Program-made: the position numbers and the translations under genes
The notes under the pieces: model-generated
What the model was told of the DNA's origin: nothing
What the model saw: the letters and a program-made list of their open reading frames with translations, nothing else
Database searches by the model: none
Assembly: GCA_051003155.1 (NCBI GenBank)
Contig: JBPCLO010000031.1
Coordinates: 96,001 to 160,000, forward strand
Direction: 5' to 3'
DNA: 64,000 nt
From: Fimbriimonadales bacterium
Lineage (GTDB): Bacteria; Armatimonadota; Fimbriimonadia; Fimbriimonadales; ATM1
In this document: positions 38,145 through 47,544 of the stretch, piece by piece
Position numbering within the stretch: position 1 is the stretch's first letter
Layout: each line of letters starts with the position of its first letter

Positions 38145-40321
38145 TGCCCACCCTCCATCGCGATGAGTTGATACGCGCCATCGGTGACCACCTTTTTGCC
38201 CGGCTCCAAGCCGCTCTTGATGATCGTTCGATTACCCAGCGTTCCTGCCGTCTGGACGACGGTTCGTCGGTACGTGCCGTGAACCTCTTCGACGAACACG
38301 ACGCTGACTCCGCCCGTTGTTTGAACGGCAGCGGTCGGGACGAGAGTTTGACCACCGAAGCCCGTTCCGAGCTGAACGCGAACGAACATGTTCTGCTTGA
38401 GGCGCTCGCCCGGGTTGGCCACGATCACCCGCACCTTCGTGGTGCGCGTTTTCTCATCAACCTCGTTGTGGATGAAAGCGACCTCACCGGGATACGGCCG
38501 ACCTGGCAGGGCGTCCGCGACGACCTCCACCCTCTGGCCGATCCGGACCTTCGGAATATCGACCTCGTAAACGTCGCTCAGAACCCAAACGATTTTCGCG
38601 TTGAGAAGATCGTAGAGTTGTTGGCCGATGGCTATGGTTTGCCCGACGCTTACGTTACGATGCTCCACTTCGCCGGAAATGGGTGCATTGATCGCGACCC
38701 GGTTCCCGCCGCCGGGGCTGCCTCCTAGCAGCGCGATTTGATCGCGGGCGACCCGGACCAGACTTTGGGCGCGAGTGAGATCGGCGCGAGCTTGAAGCAG
38801 ACCGTTGCGACTGGAAGCCAAGGCCGCCCTAGTCAAATCGACCTCTGCTTTGGCGGATTCGACTTCCTTGGCATTGCGGAGCCCCTTGGTCGAAATCGAC
38901 TCTTCACGCCTCATCGCCTCGACAGTCAGCGTATGCTGTCTGCGGGCATCGACGAGGTTTGATTTGGCGGTTTCCAACTCAGATCTCGCGGCCTCCAGTT
39001 CTCGACGGGCGACGACCCCGGAAGCCACGCCCTCCTCAAGTCTGCGAACTCTAACCTCCAGCGCTTGAACATTGATTTTGGAAGAAGCTACGTCAGCTGC
39101 CGCACGGGACACAGCTGAGCGGGCTGCCTCAACTGACGGCGAGGCAAATGCGCCGGTCGCCGCCAGTTGCTTCTGACGTGAATGCGTCCGTTCCGCGATG
39201 CTGAGGCGAGTGCCGGCTGAAGTGATTTCGGACTGCGCTATCTTGACCGAGGCTTGCGCTTGACTGACTTCAGCAACGGCTCGACGATAAGCTGATTGCG
39301 CCTCCGCGAGTTCGGGACTCTCGATCACGGCGAGACTTTGGCCGCGCCGAACCGATGTTCCGGGCAACGCGCCCAGGCTCACGATGCGGCCGGAAGCCCT
39401 AGCATTGATCACGACCATTCCGTTCGGATTTGCCGACACTCGACCGGTGGTTTGAAGTCCACCACCCGTCGCTGAGAACTGGACGGGAGCAACTTGTAGT
39501 CCAATGAGCTTCGCCTTTTCAGCTCCAATTGCGACAAGCGCCGGATCGGGCGTCATTTCCTCGTTCTCTATCGAGAGGACAAACTTGATTCCGCTCACCG
39601 TCCTTTCGGCGGATTCGCCCTGGTTCGGGGCGGGATAGGCTTTGAGCATCGGGCCAGAAGATTTGGTGGCATCGGGCGCGACGATATGCCTTCCGTCCGG
39701 GCCGTGCATGTGGCCGGCTTCGTCCTCCTGAGCCCAGGCAAGCTTCGACAGCGAGGCGCCTCCGATTAACGCTAGCGCAAGCAGGGTTGTGCCGCCGACC
39801 CGGGCCTTCTTCTGGCCCAGCTTATAAACCCCGAACAGGACAATTAGCCCTCCTATAATCCCGCCGATGATAAGCGGATACTTAGGTCCATGCGCGTGCT
39901 CAGCTGCTTTCGTTACTTCAGCCACGGCCGGCACGAAGACCGGGAACTCAACGCTCGTCTTTTTCCCGTCGGGCAGCGTCACCGCTTGGCTGATAACGTA
40001 TTCGCCCGGCTCCTTGTAGGTCATGTGCGAGCCGTAAACTTCGTTCTCGGGTTCGTAGGCGTTGTGCTCGGTGTGAACCACATCCTCAGGCTTGCCCTTC
40101 CTTGAGATCGTGGAATCGACCTTGCAGCCAAGAATGATCTTGCCGTCGGGCCCTTCGATACGCATGTCGTGGTGACTGAGAATGAACTTTTGAGCGCCGC
40201 CGGACGCTTGGGGAGCAACAATATGCCGCCCGTCCGGGCCATGCATGTGACCAGGCTCCTCTTCTTGCGCGAATGCGCCAACGGAGACGCAGCAGACTAG
40301 GATGGAAAGAAATCGTTTCAT
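38141..40321 (-). CDS. RND periplasmic adaptor (CzcB/CusB-like) with extended His-containing N-terminal modules
   Basis: APISGEV, VDEKTRT, LKQNMF and GLEPGKKVV; two GHMHGPDGRHIVAP repeats. Confidence 0.92.
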   Translation of the reverse strand: MKRFLSILVCCVSVGAFAQEEEPGHMHGPDGRHIVAPQASGGAQKFILSHHDMRIEGPDGKIILGCKVDSTISRKGKPEDVVHTEHNAYEPENEVYGSHMTYKEPGEYVISQAVTLPDGKKTSVEFPVFVPAVAEVTKAAEHAHGPKYPLIIGGIIGGLIVLFGVYKLGQKKARVGGTTLLALALIGGASLSKLAWAQEDEAGHMHGPDGRHIVAPDATKSSGPMLKAYPAPNQGESAERTVSGIKFVLSIENEEMTPDPALVAIGAEKAKLIGLQVAPVQFSATGGGLQTTGRVSANPNGMVVINARASGRIVSLGALPGTSVRRGQSLAVIESPELAEAQSAYRRAVAEVSQAQASVKIAQSEITSAGTRLSIAERTHSRQKQLAATGAFASPSVEAARSAVSRAAADVASSKINVQALEVRVRRLEEGVASGVVARRELEAARSELETAKSNLVDARRQHTLTVEAMRREESISTKGLRNAKEVESAKAEVDLTRAALASSRNGLLQARADLTRAQSLVRVARDQIALLGGSPGGGNRVAINAPISGEVEHRNVSVGQTIAIGQQLYDLLNAKIVWVLSDVYEVDIPKVRIGQRVEVVADALPGRPYPGEVAFIHNEVDEKTRTTKVRVIVANPGERLKQNMFVRVQLGTGFGGQTLVPTAAVQTTGGVSVVFVEEVHGTYRRTVVQTAGTLGNRTIIKSGLEPGKKVVTDGAYQLIAMEGGQ

Positions 40322-41547
40322 GGCTTTGGTGTCTCCAGCCCTGGAAGGAGGGCGGTGGCGATGAGAAATCGGACCTCTGCTAGATGCAGGTTTCGCATCG
40401 CGTCAGAGGCTTCTCTTCGCAGTTGGGAAAGGGTTTTTTGGGCTTCGAGGACTTCGAGAAAACTGGTCAAGCCAGATTCGAGCCCGGATTGCATGGCTTT
40501 GACCATTTGTTCGGCCTTTGGAACGATGCCAGCCTCGTAGCTCTTTGCAACCTCGCGAGCCGCGTTGAGCTGGCTAGTAACAGTTTCGATGTCTAGATTG
40601 ATCCGGCGCTCGGCGTCTTTAAGTTCCGCCTCCCTGCCCTTTCGGCCAGCCTCAGCTGACCGAACCGCAAACCGGTTCTCACCACGATCAAACAGGGGCA
40701 TTGTTAGCCGGACCTGCAAGCCGACATTGTCGCGCTGGAACGGTCTTCGATCCAGCCTCCATGTGTCGGCAGCCACCCCCGCAAACAGCGAAGGCAACCC
40801 CGCGCGTCTCGCTTCGAGTTCTCCGGCTTTGGCGACCTCGATGTGCGCAAGGGCTTCTAGAGCCTCGGGTCTGCGTGCAAGTGCGCTCTGCGATAACGCG
40901 TTAACGTCCGAAACAGGCGACCAAACGGCTAGGGGCACGTCCGTGATCGAAGGCTGGCCAAGCAGCGAGTTGACGGCGGCCCGGCTTGTCGCCACATCAC
41001 TTTGTGCCAGGGTCAGGGCTTGCTCGGCACGGTTTAGTTCCACTTCCGCCCGAGTCAATTGGACTGCGGGAGCTTCACCGATTTCTATTCGCGTCTTGAT
41101 CCCTTCGACCGTCGCCCTCGCCACTTCGACTCCCGAAGCGGCGTTTGCTTCGTTGCGTTGACCAGCTAGATAGTTCAGGTACGCGGAAAGAAACTCCGAT
41201 CCTACTGCCAATTGCGCCTTTCGCAGGATTGCATGGGCAACTTGGACCTCCGCTCTTGCTCGCTGCGCCCGCGCCGCCCGCGTTCCCGAGAAGTCAAAGG
41301 ACTGGCCCAGCACAAAGTTGGAGTTGGTAAACCCCACGCCGGGCGCGACATCCAACTCCAGGTTTTTGGGTGATCCCAGCGACCTGGCCATTGCCTCAGC
41401 TTCTCGGACTTGGTGCTGCCTCGCTGCCACAGTTGGGCTGGCAGCTATTGCCTTGGAAACGAACTGAGCGAGCGACGGTTCGGTTTGGGCTCGCACGTTT
41501 GCAGCGAGAACTAGGATGAAGCTGGTTAGTATTGTTTTCTGCGTCAA
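40318..41547 (-). CDS. TolC/CzcC family outer membrane factor
   Basis: MPLFDR and SFLEVLEAQ; TTG start at 41547 after GGAGG. Confidence 0.9.
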   Translation of the reverse strand: MTQKTILTSFILVLAANVRAQTEPSLAQFVSKAIAASPTVAARQHQVREAEAMARSLGSPKNLELDVAPGVGFTNSNFVLGQSFDFSGTRAARAQRARAEVQVAHAILRKAQLAVGSEFLSAYLNYLAGQRNEANAASGVEVARATVEGIKTRIEIGEAPAVQLTRAEVELNRAEQALTLAQSDVATSRAAVNSLLGQPSITDVPLAVWSPVSDVNALSQSALARRPEALEALAHIEVAKAGELEARRAGLPSLFAGVAADTWRLDRRPFQRDNVGLQVRLTMPLFDRGENRFAVRSAEAGRKGREAELKDAERRINLDIETVTSQLNAAREVAKSYEAGIVPKAEQMVKAMQSGLESGLTSFLEVLEAQKTLSQLRREASDAMRNLHLAEVRFLIATALLPGLETPKP

Positions 41548-41622
41548 AGGGATTCCTCCGTCTGCGGCCAATGGCAAAGCCGTGGCTGACGAAGGGCAGG
41601 CCAGAAGAATCCCTCGACAGCC

Positions 41623-42018
41623 TTAGGCGGTCAAGGACGCAGGAGGAGCGCGGGGAGACTTCGTCCCAGGCGGACCGGTGGCGTACGGATGTTCCGCTGG
41701 GAAAACCTCCCGCTTCCGTTCGCCTATCTGACAAGGCAAGACAATCTCGAAGGGATCAGGTAGCACCAACACCAGGGTGAACGGAGATGCATGGGGCGGT
41801 GCGCCTGTGCTCTGCGAGGGTTCGTCGTGTGGGGCGTCTGCCGGGTGGGGATCATCGACCTGGGTGGCGTGGTCAGCATGATGGTCAAGTCCGGCGTGGT
41901 GGTCAGCGGTATGCCGATGAGCTGGAGCCTCGTCGTCATGGTGGTGATGCGGCACAATGCCGTGCATCTGAATTGAAATCAGACTGACGAGCATCAACCA
42001 CTTTGCGAGCCGGTTCAC
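41623..42018 (-). CDS. His-rich protein heading the czc cluster (CzcI/DUF2946-like)
   Basis: N-terminal TM, PHHHHDD and C-terminal PRAPP. Confidence 0.75.
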   Translation of the reverse strand: MNRLAKWLMLVSLISIQMHGIVPHHHHDDEAPAHRHTADHHAGLDHHADHATQVDDPHPADAPHDEPSQSTGAPPHASPFTLVLVLPDPFEIVLPCQIGERKREVFPAEHPYATGPPGTKSPRAPPASLTA

Positions 42019-42470
42019 CGGGCAGATGCTACCCGGCAAGGCCGAACGTATGCTTGAGGCTGTGAGAGTTGGGCTTGTCTGGCACGGTGACCGAGATGCG
42101 CGGGATAGGATGCGCCTTGAAGATTATCGGCTCGCCGCTACAGCCGATGCGCTTGACGGCCGGGTACTCCATGGGTTTCTGATAAGGACATAGTACAAGA
42201 AGGAAGATCACATCCAGATTTTTCGGAACGCGAGTATCAACTGTTGCGAATTGGGAGCAAAATAAAACTGACATCCGAGTTTATGGACACGATCACGGTG
42301 TCATGCCGCCAGCTGAACGAGCGCTTAAAAGATTTGTACGCTAAACGGTGAGGAATTCGCGATGAACAATAAACTTATATGGGGAATGGGAGCAGCAGCG
42401 ACTATAGCAATTGTGGCAGTTGCTTTCTTGAGCACCGACGGTAAGTTGACCAACGTTTGACGAGCTTCGT

Positions 42471-43652
42471 ATGAGAATCTCGCCGACGCACGCCGCGCTG
42501 ATCGCAATATTTCTAGACCTCACCGGCTTCGGAATGATGTTCCCGGACGTGCAACTGCGCGGCCAGGAATTAGGCATTCCCGGATGGCGAATCGGCGCGA
42601 TTCTCGCCAGCTATTACATCATTCAATTCGTGCTCTCTCCGTTTTGGGGACGGCTCAGCGACGACGTCGGGCGACGCAAAATACTTTTGGTCTGCACGGG
42701 CCTCTCGGCCGTTGCGATGTTCGCCTATGGGCTGCTGCCCGGCGAGCCGGCTTTATGGGCGGGGCGCGTTTTGGCAGGCTTCGGAGCAGGCAATGTGGCC
42801 ATCGCCCAAGCGTTCGTTGCCGATGCCGCCGAATCGAAGTACGACAGAGCACGAGCGCTGGGATTGATGGGAGCCGTCGTCAGCGCGGGACTCGTATTGG
42901 GGCCCGTCGTCGGTGCGCTCGCCGTGGAGATCGGCGGCAAACTTGCGCTTGGCGTTATCGCGGGCGGCCTCTCCTCCATAGGCGGCTTGCTAATCCTCGC
43001 GAAGCTCGCCAAGGTTCCCGCGGCGCGATCCGATCAGCCTGCGCGCGTCGGCTTTAGCCTAATTGCCAAGAGCTCGATTTTGCGGAGCCTGTTCTTGGTC
43101 GCGATCCTCGGATGGTTCGCCCTGGCATGTCTCGAAGGGACGTTCGGCCGCTATTTAGAGTGGAAGTTCGGCTTTGGCCGAATGGAGTTCGGCGCGTTTC
43201 TGGCACTAGAAGCGGCGGTCGCCTTCCTACAAGGATTCACGTTCCCCGCCCTGTCGAAGAAACTCTCGAACCGAGCCATCCTTTACGGCTCCTTCGCCCT
43301 CCAAGCCATCGGCTTTGTCCTCATACCGTTGGCGCCGTCGATACCCATGTTGATCGTCGCCAGCATTCTATTCGGCGTAGGCCTCGGCTTAAGCGGCCCC
43401 GCCATCAATGTCTTGGCCGTCAACGCGGCGCTGCCGAACGTTCGAGGCGGAGTGCTAGGCACCCTCCAGGGCGCGCGAGCTGCCGGCTTTTTCCTCGGTC
43501 CGATCGTCGCCGGCGGCCTCTTCGATGCGTTCCCGCCTGCTCCTTACTACCTGGCGGCCGCGCTGGCAACGATCGCCACCCTCGCCGCAATGCGACTCAA
43601 GGACGAGATAACAGCAAGTCGATCTCCGGAGGAGGCACTTAAGTCCGAGTAG
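42471..43652 (+). CDS. MFS transporter (TetA/DHA1-like)
   Basis: GRLSDDVGRR motif A; about 12 TM segments. Confidence 0.92.
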   Translation: MRISPTHAALIAIFLDLTGFGMMFPDVQLRGQELGIPGWRIGAILASYYIIQFVLSPFWGRLSDDVGRRKILLVCTGLSAVAMFAYGLLPGEPALWAGRVLAGFGAGNVAIAQAFVADAAESKYDRARALGLMGAVVSAGLVLGPVVGALAVEIGGKLALGVIAGGLSSIGGLLILAKLAKVPAARSDQPARVGFSLIAKSSILRSLFLVAILGWFALACLEGTFGRYLEWKFGFGRMEFGAFLALEAAVAFLQGFTFPALSKKLSNRAILYGSFALQAIGFVLIPLAPSIPMLIVASILFGVGLGLSGPAINVLAVNAALPNVRGGVLGTLQGARAAGFFLGPIVAGGLFDAFPPAPYYLAAALATIATLAAMRLKDEITASRSPEEALKSE

Positions 43653-43675
43653 CGCGTCCAGGTGGCCGGGAAACC

Positions 43676-43873
43676 CTATTGCCTCGACGGGTCGCCCCTT
43701 CCATTCCAGAAGCCATTATCCGGAACGCCGTCACCATTTAGATCGTCGATGCGGGTGAGCTTCATGGTTTTTGCGTGGGTATCCGCAAAGAGCACGGCGA
43801 CCATGCCGACATGGCTCCGCTCGCGAGAGCGACACGCGAAGCAATCCAAGGTCGAACCGTGACACAGTAAGAG
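43676..43873 (-). pseudogene. 3' fragment of an H-X9-DG-type prepilin-like gene
   Basis: HVGMVAVLFADTHAK..DLNGDGVPDNGFWNG with no plausible start for the full domain. Confidence 0.5.
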
Positions 43874-43879
43874 CTAGAA

Positions 43880-44827
43880 ATGAAGATACTCTCAAGATTG
43901 GCCCTCGTCGCCGGCGCATTCGTCGCGATGGTTTCTGCTTACGCGCAAGATGTGCCCAAATACTATCAGGCTGCGGCGACCATAATCGGGAAGAAAGGCA
44001 CGCTCAACGCAGACGGTTCCTTCCGGATTAACATTCCCCGCAGCGACCTTTCATTCACGAGCGAACTCGGAATGCCCATCCCGGTGGATATGGGGCTCGC
44101 AACCTACGCCGCGTTTTCAGGAACTCAGAATGCTGCTTTGCTCGTTGGAGACGTGGCAATGCTCCGGCATGAGATAGACGGCGTAGTGGATGCTCTGCGT
44201 AGTGGCGGGATCGAAGTCGTGGCTCTACACAACCACATGACTTCCGAGTCGCCTCGACTTTTCTTCATGCACTTCCGGGGCAAAGGATCGGTCTCGACGT
44301 TGGCCCGAACGTTTCGCAAGGCTATCGATGCTTGTGGCAAACCCGCTCCCAAGACTGCCCCCAGCAAGTCCGGCAAACCAGAAGTAGATTGGGCTGCGAT
44401 TGAGAAAACACTCGGGGTCAAACGCACGATTTTTGACTCCGGCGTCGTTCGCTTCGCGACGCCCCGCAAAGACCTCACGGTGACCGTTAACGGCTTGCCA
44501 TTCTTGCCTGGAATGGGGCTGGGATCATGGGCCACGTTCAACCGCTGTGAGTGCGGTATGACGATGGTGATGGGCGACACCTGCACAACCCGCTCTGAAC
44601 TTCAAGGGGTCATCGACGCCTTGAGGACGGCTGGCATTTCGGTCACGGCGATTCACAACCATATCGTGGGCGGTTCGCAGGAATTGATGTTTCTTCATTA
44701 CGAAGGCGAAGGCGTTGCAGCAAAGCTCGCAAACGGAATAAGAGCCTGCTGGAATGCTTTGGGGAAGCAGCCCACTTCAACTCCTCCTGCCACCATGCGA
44801 CCGAAATGGTTTAGGAACCATTCTTAG
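43880..44827 (+). CDS. DUF1259 (LppY/LpqO) family protein
   Basis: Two repeats, GIEVVALHNHM..FFMH and VTAIHNH..MFLH. Confidence 0.9.
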   Translation: MKILSRLALVAGAFVAMVSAYAQDVPKYYQAAATIIGKKGTLNADGSFRINIPRSDLSFTSELGMPIPVDMGLATYAAFSGTQNAALLVGDVAMLRHEIDGVVDALRSGGIEVVALHNHMTSESPRLFFMHFRGKGSVSTLARTFRKAIDACGKPAPKTAPSKSGKPEVDWAAIEKTLGVKRTIFDSGVVRFATPRKDLTVTVNGLPFLPGMGLGSWATFNRCECGMTMVMGDTCTTRSELQGVIDALRTAGISVTAIHNHIVGGSQELMFLHYEGEGVAAKLANGIRACWNALGKQPTSTPPATMRPKWFRNHS

Positions 44828-44852
44828 GAACCAGTTTAGGTTCCTTTGAACT

Positions 44853-44928
44853 TGGTGGAGATGATGGGATTCGAACCCACGACCTCTGCAGTGCGATTGC
44901 AGCGCTCTCCCAGCTGAGCTACATCCCC
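44853..44928 (-). tRNA. tRNA-Ala (CGC)
   Basis: GGGGATGTAGCTCAGCTGGGAGAGCG..ATCGCAC..GGTTCGAATCCC..CTCCACCA. Confidence 0.96.
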
Positions 44929-44951
44929 ACGAACGGCTCAGAGGATACCTT

Positions 44952-45839
44952 TCAGAGCCGGGACAGCATCGCGTGGCGCCAGCCGCGGACGCTCACGAAG
45001 CAGCCCTCCGCGCGCAGCAAATGGAGGGCGCGCTCGAGGATCAGCGCCCCGATGTGGATCGTCCGCTCGCGCCCCCGCTCGATGCCCGGGATCGCCGCCC
45101 GCCCCGCATCGGACAGGCGCATCGAATGCCCCACGAACCGGCTCACCTCCTCGAACTCCAGATACTGCCCGTGGACGCGGTCCGGGTCCCATTCGAGCAT
45201 GGCCTCGCGGATCGTCACCAAGTTCGTCCCCGTCGCCCCGAGGGCGACGACGGTTCCGGCTTCACCAGGCATGTGATCCGCAAACGCCCGATCGATCTCG
45301 GTGGACGCGGCCATGATCGACGCCGGGCCCGGGCTCTCCTCGGAAAGCAGCGAAGAGCGCAATCCCAGCGTGCCCACCGAATAGCTCGCCGAACGCTCGC
45401 TCGTCGCGATCTCCGTGCTGTGCCCGCCCACGTCCACAATCGTTATCCGCTCGCGGCCGCCGAAGATGGGGTCCTCCAGCACCGACGTCAGGGCGAGCTT
45501 CGCCTCATCGTCGCTCGAAAGCACCTCTACCGGTGTGCCTTGCTCGGCCGCCTTTCGTTGGAACTCGTCGGCGTTGCCCGCGAGTCGCAACGCCATCGTC
45601 CCGAACGCCCGCGCCTCCGCCCCGCGCTCTCGGGCACCCGCGAATGCCCGCTTCAGCGCGGCGAGTGTGGCACCTATCCCCCCCTCGCCCAAATCGCCGG
45701 TTTCCTTCGTTCCTTCACCGAGCGCGGTCACCTCGCTGGTTTCGAAAATGCTCTTCCACTCGACCCCGCGAAGTTCGGCCACGAGCAGCAAGACCGAGTT
45801 GGAGCCAACGTCGACGACGGCCCTTCGGTCGGAACTAAT
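44952..45839 (-). CDS. ppx: Ppx/GppA family phosphatase (start unresolved)
   Basis: RAVVDVGSNS, GTMALR, DVGGHSTE and GWRH. Confidence 0.88.
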   Translation of the reverse strand: MSSDRRAVVDVGSNSVLLLVAELRGVEWKSIFETSEVTALGEGTKETGDLGEGGIGATLAALKRAFAGARERGAEARAFGTMALRLAGNADEFQRKAAEQGTPVEVLSSDDEAKLALTSVLEDPIFGGRERITIVDVGGHSTEIATSERSASYSVGTLGLRSSLLSEESPGPASIMAASTEIDRAFADHMPGEAGTVVALGATGTNLVTIREAMLEWDPDRVHGQYLEFEEVSRFVGHSMRLSDAGRAAIPGIERGRERTIHIGALILERALHLLRAEGCFVSVRGWRHAMLSRL

Positions 45840-45929
45840 GGGCCAACACGCTTCTTATCTTTGACATCTACGGTCATCGCCCCCTTCCGAACTCCTAACT
45901 GCCCCGGGAAGTAAAATCGAGGGTACCCC

Positions 45930-47018
45930 GTGCGAACGCAACTTAGGAGACAACTCGACTGGCCCTTGCTCATCGCTACGGTTCTGCTTCTCATTGTCGG
46001 CCTACTCGCCCTATGGAGCGCCAGTTCCATCCAAGCGAACCACGCCGACTTCCGCAGCCAGGTGGCCGGCATTGCGTTGGGATTGCCGGTGCTCCTCTTG
46101 TTTTTCCTGGTCGACCCGCGTGTGTGGGGGCACTACAGCAAGGCCATCTACGTTGCGATGCTCGCCATCTTGGTGCTCGTGTGGGTTCCGGGTCTGGGAA
46201 GGTCTGGGGGAGGCGCGGAACGGTGGGTCACGATAGGTCCCGTAGGTCTCCAGCCGAGCGAGATTGCCAAGTTGCTGGTAATCCTGACTTTGGCGGACCA
46301 TCTCGTGCGCCATGGCACCCGGTTGAAATCGCTTTCCGGACTGCTGTATTCGCTTCTCCACATTCTCCCGCCGTTCGTTCTGGTAGCAGCGCAGCCCAGT
46401 CTTAGCATGAGCATCGTCTTTCTCGTGATTTGGGGCGGCATGTCCATCGTCGCCGGACAGCGGCTCCGATATCTCGGCGTCATGGCCTTGATCGGTGTGC
46501 TGGCTTTCGGCATTGCCTGGAAATCCGACTTCATTCGTCCGTTCCAGAAGCGGCGGGTGGTTCAATACATGAGCGGCGATCTCGGATTCCACACTGAGCG
46601 GTCCTTAACGAGCGTGGGCAGTGGCCGCTTGATAGGCGAAGGCTTCGCCAAGGGACCGCTGAAGGAAGCAAAATATGTTCCGGAGGCCACGACTGATTTT
46701 ATATTCGCCGTCGTCGCCGAGGAGGGCGGTTTCGTCGGCTCGATGCTCGTGATCGCCCTCTACGGGTTCTTTTTGTGGAGAATCTGGCTCATCGTCATGT
46801 ATGCGCAGGTCGAATACTTCCGCTTGATCGCAGCCGGAATCTTCACCGTTTTTAGCTTCCACGCCCTGGTCAATTTTTTCGTCGTTCTCGGAATATTTCC
46901 GGTGACGGGCGTACCGCTGCCATTCATCAGCTTCGGCCGAACAGCAATGCTGCTCAGCCTTGCTTCCGTCGGGTTACTGCTGAATATTAGGGGCCGCGAG
47001 AAGCACCTGGTGTTTTAG
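45930..47018 (+). CDS. rodA: Rod shape-determining protein RodA (SEDS family)
   Basis: GAERW, QPSEIAK, PEATTDFIF and PVTGVPLPFISFG. Confidence 0.88.
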   Translation: MRTQLRRQLDWPLLIATVLLLIVGLLALWSASSIQANHADFRSQVAGIALGLPVLLLFFLVDPRVWGHYSKAIYVAMLAILVLVWVPGLGRSGGGAERWVTIGPVGLQPSEIAKLLVILTLADHLVRHGTRLKSLSGLLYSLLHILPPFVLVAAQPSLSMSIVFLVIWGGMSIVAGQRLRYLGVMALIGVLAFGIAWKSDFIRPFQKRRVVQYMSGDLGFHTERSLTSVGSGRLIGEGFAKGPLKEAKYVPEATTDFIFAVVAEEGGFVGSMLVIALYGFFLWRIWLIVMYAQVEYFRLIAAGIFTVFSFHALVNFFVVLGIFPVTGVPLPFISFGRTAMLLSLASVGLLLNIRGREKHLVF

Positions 47019-47422
47019 ATGCCGTCGACGCCAGGCTCGAATGTGCCGTGGGCGGTTTCGGTGCAGCCTATCTTGAAAGTGCTGTTCGCCGGTATGCCGG
47101 TACCATTTTGTATGCTGTAATCATTGGTGCGCTCTTCGGGGCAAATGACGCCCGATCCGAGATTCTCCATGATATCAGGCTCGTTATAGACATCCGAATT
47201 CATGAAGCTGCTGTAGTCTGCGGCCCTTAGCTTCACCTTTGCGGCGACCACGGCCGTCGTGATCGTCTGCATGTTGGCCCGGCAGGTCTTTCGTTCAGAA
47301 TCCTTGATCGCTCCGATGTAAAGCGGCATCGCAACAGCCATCAGAATAGCCAGAATCAAAACGGTGACCAAAAGCTCGATGAGCGTAAATGCCCGTTTAC
47401 TTCGAACTTGTTTTAATAACAC
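47015..47422 (-). CDS. Type IV pilin/pseudopilin-like protein
   Basis: KRA-FTLIELLV prepilin motif. Confidence 0.9.
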   Translation of the reverse strand: MLLKQVRSKRAFTLIELLVTVLILAILMAVAMPLYIGAIKDSERKTCRANMQTITTAVVAAKVKLRAADYSSFMNSDVYNEPDIMENLGSGVICPEERTNDYSIQNGTGIPANSTFKIGCTETAHGTFEPGVDGI

Positions 47423-47544
47423 TCCATTCCCCCGATAAAAAAATTACGGCACCGGCATCGGCCGCCACCCATTAATAACGTACTCATGTAAGGCCAGAGT
47501 CGGCTTCACCCTTTCGGGTGAATCTGAGTAAAGCCCGGTAACTA

